Positions 18,756 to 28,579 of a DNA stretch of 48,896 bases are shown here, one piece after another. The position numbers were made by a program, and so were the translations under genes. This stretch comes from Anaerohalosphaeraceae bacterium (GTDB lineage: Bacteria > Planctomycetota > Phycisphaerae > Sedimentisphaerales > Anaerohalosphaeraceae). Below the pieces are notes generated by a model. That model had not been told where the DNA came from. It was given only the letters and a program-made list of their open reading frames with translations, and did not search any database. Position 1 is the first letter of the stretch, and every line of letters begins with the position of its first letter. The stretch lies in the NCBI GenBank assembly GCA_050309605.1, contig JBNRMN010000062.1, positions 1-48,896 on the forward strand, in the 5' to 3' direction.

Positions 18756-19928
18756 ATGAACATTGGCAGGACGTTAAAGATGGGCATGATCGGGGGTGGT
18801 CCGGGCGCTTTTATCGGCGAAGTACACCGCAAGGCCGCCCGCATGGACGGAGGCATTGAGATTGTCGGAGGAGCGTTCGATATTGATCCGAAAAAGTCCA
18901 AACAGATGGGCAAACAACTCAACCTTGACCCCGCACGTGTGTATTCCGATTACAAAGAAATGATTGCCGCCGAGCAGAAACTGCCGGAAGGCGAGCGCAT
19001 GGACTTTGTGTCGGTGTGTACGCCGAACAACTGTCACTTTCCCATGGCCAAAGCCCTGTTGGAGGCCGGGTTTCATGTGATGTGCGAAAAGCCGATGACG
19101 ATCAGTGTCGCTGAGGCCGAGGCGCTTGTGCAGGTCGTCAAAAAGACCAAACGGGTCTTCGGGCTGATGCACAATTACACCGGTTACCCCATGGTCAAAC
19201 TGGCCCGCGATATGGTTAAAAAGGGCGACATTGGCAAGGTACGCAAAATTGTTGTGCAGTATCCGCAGGGCTGGCTCGCAACGGCTCTGGAAAAGGCCGG
19301 CAATCAGCAGGCCTCGTGGCGCACCGATCCCAAACAAAGCGGCGGTTCCGGCTGCGGCGGCGACATCGGTACGCATGCCGAGAATCTGGCCGAGTACATT
19401 ACCGGCCTGAAAATGACCCATCTGTGCGCCGAATTGACCACCTTTGTCAAAGGCCGCAAGCTTGATGACGATGTGAACTGTCTGGTCAAGTTCAACAACG
19501 GCGCACGCGGCGTGCTGCATGCCAGTCAGATTTCCGTGGGCGAGGAAAACAATCTGGCCATTTGGATTTACGGGGAAAAGGGCGGTTTGGAATGGCATCA
19601 GGAGAATCCCAACTATCTGTATGTCAAGAGGATGGGCCAACCCGACCAGACATACAAACGCGGCAATCCCTATGTCGCTGAGTACAGTGCGGCGGCGGGA
19701 CGGACGACGCGGCTGCCCTGCGGCCATCCCGAAGCGTTCATCGAGGCGATGGCGAATATCTATCTCAATTTTGCCGACGCGGTCAGGGCCGACGTACTGA
19801 AGAAAAAGCCCGATCCGCTGGCACTGGATTTTCCGAATGTGCAGGATGGTCTGCGGGGGATGCAATTCCTTGAGACGCTGCTGGCCAGCGCCAAAAGCAG
19901 CCAGAAATGGACGGCATTTAAGAAATAA
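18756..19928 (+). CDS. Gfo/Idh/MocA NAD(P)-dependent oxidoreductase, cytoplasmic
   Basis: GMIGGGPGAFIG, TPNNCH, CEKP and GDIGTH; no signal peptide. Confidence 0.92.
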   Translation: MNIGRTLKMGMIGGGPGAFIGEVHRKAARMDGGIEIVGGAFDIDPKKSKQMGKQLNLDPARVYSDYKEMIAAEQKLPEGERMDFVSVCTPNNCHFPMAKALLEAGFHVMCEKPMTISVAEAEALVQVVKKTKRVFGLMHNYTGYPMVKLARDMVKKGDIGKVRKIVVQYPQGWLATALEKAGNQQASWRTDPKQSGGSGCGGDIGTHAENLAEYITGLKMTHLCAELTTFVKGRKLDDDVNCLVKFNNGARGVLHASQISVGEENNLAIWIYGEKGGLEWHQENPNYLYVKRMGQPDQTYKRGNPYVAEYSAAAGRTTRLPCGHPEAFIEAMANIYLNFADAVRADVLKKKPDPLALDFPNVQDGLRGMQFLETLLASAKSSQKWTAFKK

Positions 19929-19970
19929 CGAGCTGATAACGAACGTTCTATCGATTGGAGATTGACGATT

Positions 19971-20963
19971 ATGGCACGACCTGTAACGCTATTTACCGGA
20001 CAATGGGCGGATTTGCCGCTGGAAGAACTGGCACAAATCATGGCCGGCTTCGGCTACGACGGACTGGAACTGGCCTGCTGGGGCGACCATTTGGATGTGT
20101 TTAAGGCGGCAAAAGATCTTGATTATTGTAAAAAACAAAAAGCCATTCTGGATAAGCATAACCTAAAGTTATTTTCTATCAGCAATCATCTGGCCGGGCA
20201 GCTTGTCTGCGACTTGAACAACGACAGCCGTTCGGATATGTTTGCCCCCGAAGACTGCGCCGGCGATGCCGAGAAAAAACGCGCCTGGGCGGTCGAGGCG
20301 ATGAAAGCCACGGCTCAGGCGGCTAAAAATATGGGCGTGTCGGTGGTCAATGGTTTTACCGGCTCAAGCATCTGGCACTTGCTGTACAGCTTTCCGCCGG
20401 TCTCCGACCAGATGATCGAGGACGGGTTTGCCTATTTTGCCAAGATGTGGACTCCGATTCTGGATGTGTTTGATGAGTGCGGCGTGAAATTTGCGCTTGA
20501 AGTGCATCCGACCGAGATCGCCTTTGACATCGTTACCGCCAAGAAGGCGCTGGAAGCGGTTAAACATCGCAAGACCTTCGGTTTTAATTTCGACCCCAGC
20601 CACCTGCATTGGCAGATGGTTAACCCGGTGCGGTTTCTGCAGGAATTTTCAGACCGGATTTATCACGTTCACATGAAAGACGCCGCCCTGCAGCTTGACG
20701 GCTACAGCGGGATTCTCGGCTCGCATCTGAATTTCGGCAAGCCGAATCGCGGCTGGGATTTTCGTTCGCTGGGGCACGGGGGCGTGGACTTTGAAGAGAT
20801 CATTCGGATACTCAATCAGATCGGCTATCAGGGACCGCTTTCAGTGGAATGGGAAGACAGCGGGATGGATCGGATGCACGGCGCCAAAGAAGCGTGTGAA
20901 TTTGTCAAGAAAGTGGATTTTGCACCGTCACAGGTCGCGTTTGATGCGGCGTTTGACAAATAA
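19971..20963 (+). CDS. Sugar phosphate isomerase/epimerase (AP_endonuc_2 TIM barrel), cytoplasmic
   Basis: GYDGLEL, FALEVHP, NFDPSH, HVHMKD and LSVEWED metal ligands. Confidence 0.9.
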   Translation: MARPVTLFTGQWADLPLEELAQIMAGFGYDGLELACWGDHLDVFKAAKDLDYCKKQKAILDKHNLKLFSISNHLAGQLVCDLNNDSRSDMFAPEDCAGDAEKKRAWAVEAMKATAQAAKNMGVSVVNGFTGSSIWHLLYSFPPVSDQMIEDGFAYFAKMWTPILDVFDECGVKFALEVHPTEIAFDIVTAKKALEAVKHRKTFGFNFDPSHLHWQMVNPVRFLQEFSDRIYHVHMKDAALQLDGYSGILGSHLNFGKPNRGWDFRSLGHGGVDFEEIIRILNQIGYQGPLSVEWEDSGMDRMHGAKEACEFVKKVDFAPSQVAFDAAFDK

Positions 20964-21018
20964 ACTGCTGTTGTGCAGTTATGCAACGGTATGATTTCTA
21001 ATGACGAGGATAGAGACG

Positions 21019-22329
21019 ATGGTTCAAAAATATAGTCGCAGAACTTTTTTGAAGCGTACCTCCATAGCCGCGGCCGGGGCGATTGGGTTTCCCTATATCG
21101 TTCAGCCTTCGGCTCTGGGGTTGAATCGAGCCATTGCGCCAAGCAATCGGCTTCAACTTGCCCAGATTGGCTGCGGGGCGCAGGGGTCGGGCAATATGAA
21201 TGGGTTTTTGAACCTGGGGCCTGAGGTTCAGGTGGTCGCTGTCTGTGATGTGGACAGCCGTCATGTCAATAACGCAAAACGGACTGTGGATAATCATTAC
21301 CGTAACCAGGATTGCCGCACGTTTGGTAATTACCGCGAGATGCTTGATCATGTGCCGTTGGACATTGTCAGTCAGGCAACGCCGGATCACTGGCACGCAC
21401 TGATCGCGTTGGACTGTGCTCGAAAGGGCATTGATATGTACGGCGAAAAACCGCTGTCCCGTACCATCGGCGAGGGGCGTCTGATGTGCGATGCGGTCAA
21501 ACGGTATGGCATAATCTGGCAGACCGGCAGTTGGCAGCGTTCGGTCGGGAATTTTCGCCGGGCCGCCGAGCTGGTCATCAACGGACGCATCGGCAAGGTT
21601 GAATATGTCGAAGTGGGGCTTCCCAACGGCAGCCGGGGCAGGCAGGCTCGTCTGCTTTCGGTGCCGGACTATCTGGATTGGGATATGTGGCTGGGGCCGG
21701 CGCCGTGGCGACCCTATCAGGATTTCGGACGCGGCGATTGCCATTGGGATTGGCGCTGGATTCTGGATTATTCCGGCGGTCAACTGACCGACTGGGCGGG
21801 CCATCATGTCGATGTCGCCCACTGGGGATTGGGGTTGGATTACGCCGGTCCGGTGGAGGTGGAAGGTACCGGCGAGTACTCCGAAGACGGCCTATGGGAT
21901 GTGCCTTATGCGTATGAGTTTGTCTGTACTTATGCCGACGGTCTGAAGATGCGCGTCGCAAATTCGTCCAAGCTGCCGCATGGCATGGGAACCTGCTGGT
22001 ATGGCGACCGCGGCTGGATCCATGTGTCGCGCGGCGGACTGAGTGCTTCGGATCCCGCGATATTACAAGAGCGCATCGGGCCGGAGGAAATTCAGCTTTA
22101 CAAGAGCGACCACCATCAGCGCAATTTTGTTGAATGTGTCCGGACACGTCAGGACGCGATTGCCCCGGCGGAAATTGCCCATCGGTCGATTACGGTCGGG
22201 TTTTTAGGTGAAATTGCAATGCTGCTGGGACGGAAACTGCGGTGGGATCCGAAGTCGGAACAATTTGTCAACGATTCCCAGGCGAACCGTTACTTAAGAC
22301 GTGCTTATCGCAGTCCGTGGATGCTTTAG
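21019..22329 (+). CDS. Tat-exported Gfo/Idh/MocA oxidoreductase
   Basis: SRRTFLK twin-arginine motif, IGCGAQG, TPDHWH, EKP, LDWDMWLGPAP and DWAGHHVD. Confidence 0.92.
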   Translation: MVQKYSRRTFLKRTSIAAAGAIGFPYIVQPSALGLNRAIAPSNRLQLAQIGCGAQGSGNMNGFLNLGPEVQVVAVCDVDSRHVNNAKRTVDNHYRNQDCRTFGNYREMLDHVPLDIVSQATPDHWHALIALDCARKGIDMYGEKPLSRTIGEGRLMCDAVKRYGIIWQTGSWQRSVGNFRRAAELVINGRIGKVEYVEVGLPNGSRGRQARLLSVPDYLDWDMWLGPAPWRPYQDFGRGDCHWDWRWILDYSGGQLTDWAGHHVDVAHWGLGLDYAGPVEVEGTGEYSEDGLWDVPYAYEFVCTYADGLKMRVANSSKLPHGMGTCWYGDRGWIHVSRGGLSASDPAILQERIGPEEIQLYKSDHHQRNFVECVRTRQDAIAPAEIAHRSITVGFLGEIAMLLGRKLRWDPKSEQFVNDSQANRYLRRAYRSPWML

Positions 22330-22363
22330 GTGGAACGAGATAGATCCTGAATAGAGGTCAGAG

Positions 22364-25300
22364 ATGAATTTGACAAAAAAAATAATGATGCTTATTGTCG
22401 GGTTTTCCGCTGCGATTATGCCTGCACAGGCGGTCACAGAGGACGAAATCGCCAAAATGCGGCAAGCTATGCCGGATGCACCTGTTGTTCAGCCGGAGCG
22501 CCCGCGGCGAATGCTTGTATTTAATCTCAGCCAGGGATTCAAGCACAGCAGTATTCCGTACTGGGCCAAAGCGCTGGAGATTATGGCAGAAAAGACCGGG
22601 GCCTTCTCGATTGAACACAGCGAGGATTTGGCCGTCTTTACACCCGAAACGCTGAGTCGTTTTGATGCGGTGTGTTTTAATAACACCACCGAGCTGAAGT
22701 TGACAGATGACCAAAAAGAAGCGTTGCTGGCGTTTATTAAAAACGGGAAAGGCATCGTCGGCATCCACGCGGCGACGGACAACTTCAAAGACTGGCCTGA
22801 AGGAATGCATATGATGGGCGGCGTTTTTCAGGGACATCCCTGGACCGCCGGTGGGACGTGGGCAATTAAACTGGACGACCCTGAGCATCCTTTGCTGAAA
22901 CCCTTTGCCGGGAAGGGCTTTAAGGTCAACGACGAAATCTACCGCACCAATTTGCCGTATTATTCACGAGATAAGCAGCGGGTGCTGATGAGCCTGGATA
23001 TGAGCGATCCGGCTACCCGCAACGCCAATGGGGTCACGCCGGAGGACATGGATACGGGGATCACCTGGATTAAGCCGTATGGTCAAGGGCGGCTGTTTTA
23101 TTGTTCGCTCGGTCACAACCATCATCTGACGTGGACCACGCCGATCTTGGAGCATTATCTGGCAGGCATTCAATACGCACTGGGCGATCTGGAAGTGGAT
23201 GATACCCCGCTGGGCCAGCCGGCGCCTGAATTGGATGTCGCGGCGGTGCGGTCGCTGGTCGAAAAGATCAAGGCTTACGATTGGGATAAGTCCCGCGCGG
23301 ATTTGACGGCTCTGCAAAGGCTCATTCGACAATACAGCGCCTTTGATAACCATCTTGTAAGAATTGAGCAGTTGATGCAGCCGCTGCTGGCCAAGGACAC
23401 GAGCCGGGCGGTGAAAGATGTTGCGTGTCGAGAATTAAGCATCATCGGTACAGACATCTCCGTGCCGGCTCTGGCTGCGCTGTTGAATGATCCCGAGACC
23501 GAACATATGGCTCGGTATGCCCTTGAGCGGATTCAGGGGCAAAAGGCCGAAGCTGCATTGCTCGACACACTTCTCCAGACCTCGGATACCGGCACGAAGA
23601 TTGGTTTGATTTCTTCTTTGGGGGCTTGTCGCAGCGGCCCGGCGGTCGGCCCGATTGCCCGACTGGCGGCGGATTCGCACGCTGATACGGCTTATGCGGC
23701 AATTCAGGCGCTCGGCTTGATTGGTACCTCGGAGGCAGCGGCGGCACTGCGGAACCTGCACTCATCATTGGTTTCTGATCGGCGGCGGCCTGTACTGGAT
23801 GCGATGGCGGTCTGTGCGAATCATCTGTCCAAAGACGGAAAGACGGATGAGGCGTTGTCGCTGTATAAGATACTGTACGCCGACGATAACCCTGCTTTGA
23901 TTCGTGTTGCCGGGTTGACAGGTATTGCTCAAACCAGCCCGGATTCGCTTGGCCGTTTGTTGCCGGCGGCGATTATTCAGGATGATGCGGTGTTGCAGGC
24001 CGGAGCGATTCGACTGGTGGCTCAGGTACAGGATACGGCCTTGATCGAGGCGGCTGTGTCGGCACTGTCTGAGCTTTCCGATGCGGCTAAGGTTTCGCTG
24101 CTGGCGGCGCTGGCGTCCAATGGCCACCCTGCCGGACGTCAAGCGGGCCGGGATACGATGACCAGTGCAGATCAAGCAGTGCGGATTGCCGCCTACCGCA
24201 CCCTGGCCGTGACAGGCAACAGCGATGACGTCCTGCCGCTGGCACAGGCGGCGGCAGGAACAACCGACCGCAACGAAAGTCAGGCGGCTCGTGAGGCACT
24301 GTACCAGATACGGGGAGCCGACGTGACTGCTGCGATTGAACGGGGCATTCGTCAAATGAGCGATTCGTCCGGCAGCGATCGAGTCGCGGCTGAATTGATT
24401 CGTGCAATTCCCGAACGCGGCATTACGACGGCCAATTCTTTATTGTTTGAAATGGCGCGGCATTCGAGCGGCCGTGTGGCTCAAGAGGCTGTCCGTTCGC
24501 TTCAGGCGACGGTGACACAAAACGATATGCCCGCTGTTATGCGTCTGCTGGCCGATCGTCCCGGTGCGGCGGTTGAGACCGTTGCGATTGCGGCCGCCGA
24601 GCAGATTTCCGATCACAATCGTCGGGCCAGGGCGCTGTTGGCCGCCCTGGAGACGGTTGAGTCATCGGCTGCCAAGGCGTCGATGATCCGTGTGATCGGC
24701 CGGCTGGGCGATTCCCAGGCTGTCGGTACGATTCGACGTTTGCGAGATTCGTCTGATGATATCGTCAGCCAAGCGGCTTTTCGAGCCATGCTGGAGTGGC
24801 CGGGAATGGACTTTTTTGATGAAATTCAGGAACTGGCCATAAGCGGGCCGGAAGGCACAGATAAAGTGCTTGCCTTTCGAGCCTATATTCGTTTGTTGGC
24901 CGGGGCCAGGAACAAGACCGATGCGCAGATTGTCCAGGACCTGGCCGAGGCAATGACCTTGACCAATCGGGTACAGGAACAGCGGTTGATCCTGGCGGCC
25001 CTGGGCGAACGTGGCACCTTAAGCGCACTGCAATTGGCTCAGCAGTATTTGAACCGTTCTGACCTAAGGGCTGAAGCGGAGGTGGCGGTGACAGGCATTG
25101 CGCAGCGGCTGATGGAACGTGATCCGGAAGCGGCCGCCAATGCGTTACAGGCGGTCGCTGAACAGACCGATAACACGACACTCAGACAACGGGTTCGCAG
25201 GCTTGTCTCACAGGCTGAAAGTCGTCTCGGACATATTCTCGTCTGGCAGATCAGCGGCCCTTACACCCAGGACAATAAAGGACCCGAAGAGCTTTTTGAT

Positions 25301-25702
25301 GTTCCGTTTTTGCCGGAGACAGATCCGGGACAGGCCCAGTGGCAACCGATGTCCGCTTCCGGCGGCCGGGGGAATTTTTGGCTGATGGATTTGAACCAGG
25401 CGATTGGCGGTTCTGATCGTGTTGCGTATGCCCGCACGATAATTGTATCGCCGCAAGAAACACAGGCAAGATTTGAGCTTGGCAGCGATGACGGGGTCAA
25501 GGTCTGGCTTAACGGTCAACTGGTTCACCGAAACAACGCACTGCGTGCGGTTCAGCAGGGCGAGGATAAAGTGGATGTTCAGCTTCGTCGCGGCGAGAAT
25601 GAGGTTCTTCTGAAAATCACGCAGGGCGGCCAGGACTGGGGATTTTGCTTGCGTGTGACCGATCTCGACGGTTCGCCGATGCGCGGCCTTCGTGTCAAAT
25701 AA
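22364..25702 (+). CDS. Exported ThuA-domain plus HEAT-repeat plus C-terminal beta-sandwich protein
   Basis: Signal peptide; ThuA-like GFKHSSI, GIHAATD, GRLFYCSLGH; long Ala/Leu-rich HEAT region; LGSDDGVKVWLNG in a PA14/galactose-binding-like domain. Confidence 0.82.
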   Translation: MNLTKKIMMLIVGFSAAIMPAQAVTEDEIAKMRQAMPDAPVVQPERPRRMLVFNLSQGFKHSSIPYWAKALEIMAEKTGAFSIEHSEDLAVFTPETLSRFDAVCFNNTTELKLTDDQKEALLAFIKNGKGIVGIHAATDNFKDWPEGMHMMGGVFQGHPWTAGGTWAIKLDDPEHPLLKPFAGKGFKVNDEIYRTNLPYYSRDKQRVLMSLDMSDPATRNANGVTPEDMDTGITWIKPYGQGRLFYCSLGHNHHLTWTTPILEHYLAGIQYALGDLEVDDTPLGQPAPELDVAAVRSLVEKIKAYDWDKSRADLTALQRLIRQYSAFDNHLVRIEQLMQPLLAKDTSRAVKDVACRELSIIGTDISVPALAALLNDPETEHMARYALERIQGQKAEAALLDTLLQTSDTGTKIGLISSLGACRSGPAVGPIARLAADSHADTAYAAIQALGLIGTSEAAAALRNLHSSLVSDRRRPVLDAMAVCANHLSKDGKTDEALSLYKILYADDNPALIRVAGLTGIAQTSPDSLGRLLPAAIIQDDAVLQAGAIRLVAQVQDTALIEAAVSALSELSDAAKVSLLAALASNGHPAGRQAGRDTMTSADQAVRIAAYRTLAVTGNSDDVLPLAQAAAGTTDRNESQAAREALYQIRGADVTAAIERGIRQMSDSSGSDRVAAELIRAIPERGITTANSLLFEMARHSSGRVAQEAVRSLQATVTQNDMPAVMRLLADRPGAAVETVAIAAAEQISDHNRRARALLAALETVESSAAKASMIRVIGRLGDSQAVGTIRRLRDSSDDIVSQAAFRAMLEWPGMDFFDEIQELAISGPEGTDKVLAFRAYIRLLAGARNKTDAQIVQDLAEAMTLTNRVQEQRLILAALGERGTLSALQLAQQYLNRSDLRAEAEVAVTGIAQRLMERDPEAAANALQAVAEQTDNTTLRQRVRRLVSQAESRLGHILVWQISGPYTQDNKGPEELFDVPFLPETDPGQAQWQPMSASGGRGNFWLMDLNQAIGGSDRVAYARTIIVSPQETQARFELGSDDGVKVWLNGQLVHRNNALRAVQQGEDKVDVQLRRGENEVLLKITQGGQDWGFCLRVTDLDGSPMRGLRVK

Positions 25703-25741
25703 ATAGTGTAAACAACAAAAATTAACTATGGAGATACAATT

Positions 25742-27112
25742 ATGAAATCCAAGAACCCCCAAACGTTGACACGACGTGATTTTCTCGGTTCGGCAGCGAC
25801 CGGCGCTGCGCTGTTTACTTTTATTCCCGGACGTGTTCTGGGTGCCAACGGGGCAGTCTCGGCCAACAACAAGCTGAATATCGCCGGTGTCGGCGTCGGC
25901 GGGATGGGCAAGAATAATTTAGAGCAAATGCAATCAGAGAATATCGTTGCGCTGTGCGATGTTGATTGGGACTATGCCAAAGGAGTTTTCGAGAAATATC
26001 CCAATGCCAAGCGGTACAAAGATTACCGCAAGATGCTCGATGAGATGGGCAATCAGATTGATGCGGTAGTCATTGCCACGCCGGACCATACGCATGCCGT
26101 GGTGGCGATGGAGTGTATGCGTCGCGGCAAACACGTCTATGTCCAAAAACCGCTGACCAAGACGGTCTATGAGGCGCGTAAGCTCACCGAGGCCGCTCGT
26201 CAATACAAGGTCGTTACCCAGATGGGTAACCAGGGACACAGCGGCGACGGGATTCGCAATATTTGTGAGTGGATTTGGGACGGCGCCATCGGCCAGGTGC
26301 GTGAGGTGCACGCCTGGACGAATCGTCCGGTCTGGCCGCAGGGAATGGCTCGGCCTACAGAGCAAATGGCGGTTCCGGAGACGCTGGACTGGGATCTATG
26401 GATCGGGCCGGCGCCGATGCGCCCTTATCACCGCGCCTATCACCCGTGGGACTGGCGCGCATGGGTGGATTTCGGTACAGGCGCCCTCGGCGATATGGCC
26501 TGCCATGTGATGGATCCGATTTTCTGGGCGCTGAAACTGAAATATCCTGTGGGTGCGCAGGGCAGCTATGTCGGCAACGTGGAAGAGCACTGGAGGAAAA
26601 TCGGTGTGGAAGAATCGTATCCGCTCGGTTCGATCATCCATCTCGATTATCCGGCGCGGGAAGGGATGCCGGCGGTGAAAGTGCATTGGTATGACGGCGG
26701 ACTGATGCCGGAACGCCCGGACGAGCTGGAACACAGCCGGCGGATGGGTGACAGCGACGGCGGCGTGTTGTTTGTCGGCGACAAAGGCAAACTGATGTGC
26801 GGCTGTTACGGGCGTCGTCCGGAGCTGATCCCGTACTCACGAATGCGCGAGTTTCAGCGGCCTGAGCCGACGCTCGAACGCATCAAGACCAGTCATGAGA
26901 TGAACTGGGTCAATGCCTGCAAAGCGGGAACCGAGGCCTCGACGCCGTTTGACTATGCCGGGCCGTTTACGGAAATGGTGCTGATGGGCAATCTGTGTCT
27001 GTTCCGTCCCGGTGAGAAGATCGTATGGGACGGCGACAATATGCAGTGTACAAATATTCCCGAACTGAACCAGTACGTCAACCCCCCGTATCGCGAAGGG
27101 TGGACGCTTTAA
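25742..27112 (+). CDS. Tat-exported Gfo/Idh/MocA oxidoreductase (glycoside 3-dehydrogenase-like)
   Basis: TRRDFLG, GVGGMG, TPDHTH, QKP, TQMGNQG and GALGDMACH. Confidence 0.92.
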   Translation: MKSKNPQTLTRRDFLGSAATGAALFTFIPGRVLGANGAVSANNKLNIAGVGVGGMGKNNLEQMQSENIVALCDVDWDYAKGVFEKYPNAKRYKDYRKMLDEMGNQIDAVVIATPDHTHAVVAMECMRRGKHVYVQKPLTKTVYEARKLTEAARQYKVVTQMGNQGHSGDGIRNICEWIWDGAIGQVREVHAWTNRPVWPQGMARPTEQMAVPETLDWDLWIGPAPMRPYHRAYHPWDWRAWVDFGTGALGDMACHVMDPIFWALKLKYPVGAQGSYVGNVEEHWRKIGVEESYPLGSIIHLDYPAREGMPAVKVHWYDGGLMPERPDELEHSRRMGDSDGGVLFVGDKGKLMCGCYGRRPELIPYSRMREFQRPEPTLERIKTSHEMNWVNACKAGTEASTPFDYAGPFTEMVLMGNLCLFRPGEKIVWDGDNMQCTNIPELNQYVNPPYREGWTL

Positions 27113-27140
27113 GATAATCCTATCCAAGCAGGAGTTTGCC

Positions 27141-28559
27141 ATGACGAAGTTATGTTTGCAAACGGGTGGTATGATGATGGTCTTGACGATGAGTGCGGCG
27201 CTTCAAGCTGAAATGTCCCATCCGGCGACGGATGTCTATGACGGCTGGCGACTGGGTACTCAGGCGTGGTCGTTTAATCGGTTCACATTTTTCGAGGCTG
27301 TCGATAAAACGCGCGAACTGGGGCTGAACTGGATTCAGGCGTATCCCGGCCAACGGGTATCACCGCAGATCGATGCTCAAATGGGATTTGATTTGCCCGG
27401 CGAGATACGTGAGCAGATTAAAGCCAAACTGGCCGAGGCCAATGTGTCCATAGCGGCATTCGGCGTTGTCGGAGTGCCGCGCCAGGAAACGCAGGCCCGG
27501 CGCCTGTTTGAGTTTGCCAAAGCAATGGGTATTGAGGTGATTGTGTCCGAGCCGGCAGAAGATCAGTTTGATTTGATTGATACGTTGTGTCAGGAATACC
27601 AAATCAAGCTGGCGGTTCACAACCATCCCAGACCATCGCACTACTGGAATCCGGATACGGTCTTGAAAGTCGTTGAAGGCCGCAGCAAGTGGCTTGGCGC
27701 GTGTGCTGATGTGGGGCATTGGGTGCGCAGCGGCCTGGATCCGGTCGAATGTCTCAACAAGCTCGAAGGCCGTATTCACGACATTCATATCAAGGAAATT
27801 GATACGAATGTCGGTCACGATGTGGTGTGGGGAACCGGTCAGGGGCGCGTCAAAGGCATTCTTGAAGAATTGCATCGACAGGGTTATAAAGGGACATTTG
27901 CCATTGAATATGAGCATAGTTGGGACAATAATGTGCCGTTGATTCGCCGGAGTGTTGCTTATTTCAATGAAGTGGCCTCATCGCTGAATCCGAGCGGCTG
28001 GAAGGCTGTTTTTAAGTCGGATTTATCCAATGCCGATTTTGAGCCGGAAAGCTGGACGTTTCAGGATGGTGTTCTCGAACTGAAAGGCGGCGGCGACATC
28101 TGGACAAAAAGCCAATACGGCGACTTTATACTGGACTTTGACTTCAAAGTTGATCGTCGCACGAACAGCGGCGTCTTTTTGCGAGCGGCTAACCACGAAT
28201 GGCTGCCGTGGGTCGAAGTTCAAATTGGCGACACCTATGGACAGGATATTTCCCGGCATATATGCGGTGCTTTATTTGACGTTCAAGCGCCGTCTGTCAA
28301 TGCGGTTAAACCGGCCGGCCAATGGAATCGGATGACGATTTGGGCGCAGGGGCCAAAAATCAAAGTCGCTCTGAACAATCGGGTGATTATTGATGTAAAT
28401 CTGGATGACTGGACCGAAGCCGGCAGGAATCCGGACGGTTCACGCAATAAATTCGATATTGCCTACAAAGATTTGCCGCGCAAGGGTTTTCTGGGTTTTC
28501 AGGACCATCGCGACGGCACAAAGGTGTGGTATCGTAATCTGAAAATCAAAGAACTATAA
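27141..28559 (+). CDS. Exported fusion of AP_endonuc_2 sugar isomerase/lyase domain and DUF1080 (3-keto-disaccharide hydrolase/hydratase) domain
   Basis: N-part QAWSFNRF, HNH, DVGHW, HIKE, IEYE; C-part NSGVF, EVQIGD, GQWN, GFQDH..VWYRNLKIKEL. Confidence 0.85.
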   Translation: MTKLCLQTGGMMMVLTMSAALQAEMSHPATDVYDGWRLGTQAWSFNRFTFFEAVDKTRELGLNWIQAYPGQRVSPQIDAQMGFDLPGEIREQIKAKLAEANVSIAAFGVVGVPRQETQARRLFEFAKAMGIEVIVSEPAEDQFDLIDTLCQEYQIKLAVHNHPRPSHYWNPDTVLKVVEGRSKWLGACADVGHWVRSGLDPVECLNKLEGRIHDIHIKEIDTNVGHDVVWGTGQGRVKGILEELHRQGYKGTFAIEYEHSWDNNVPLIRRSVAYFNEVASSLNPSGWKAVFKSDLSNADFEPESWTFQDGVLELKGGGDIWTKSQYGDFILDFDFKVDRRTNSGVFLRAANHEWLPWVEVQIGDTYGQDISRHICGALFDVQAPSVNAVKPAGQWNRMTIWAQGPKIKVALNNRVIIDVNLDDWTEAGRNPDGSRNKFDIAYKDLPRKGFLGFQDHRDGTKVWYRNLKIKEL

Positions 28560-28579
28560 ATGGAAAGGTCTAACTGAAG

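Noticed and set aside
18756..20963. iolG/iolE inositol catabolism assignment
   Set aside because: Only family-level similarity; no iolB/C/D in the window, and the context favours 3-keto-glycoside chemistry
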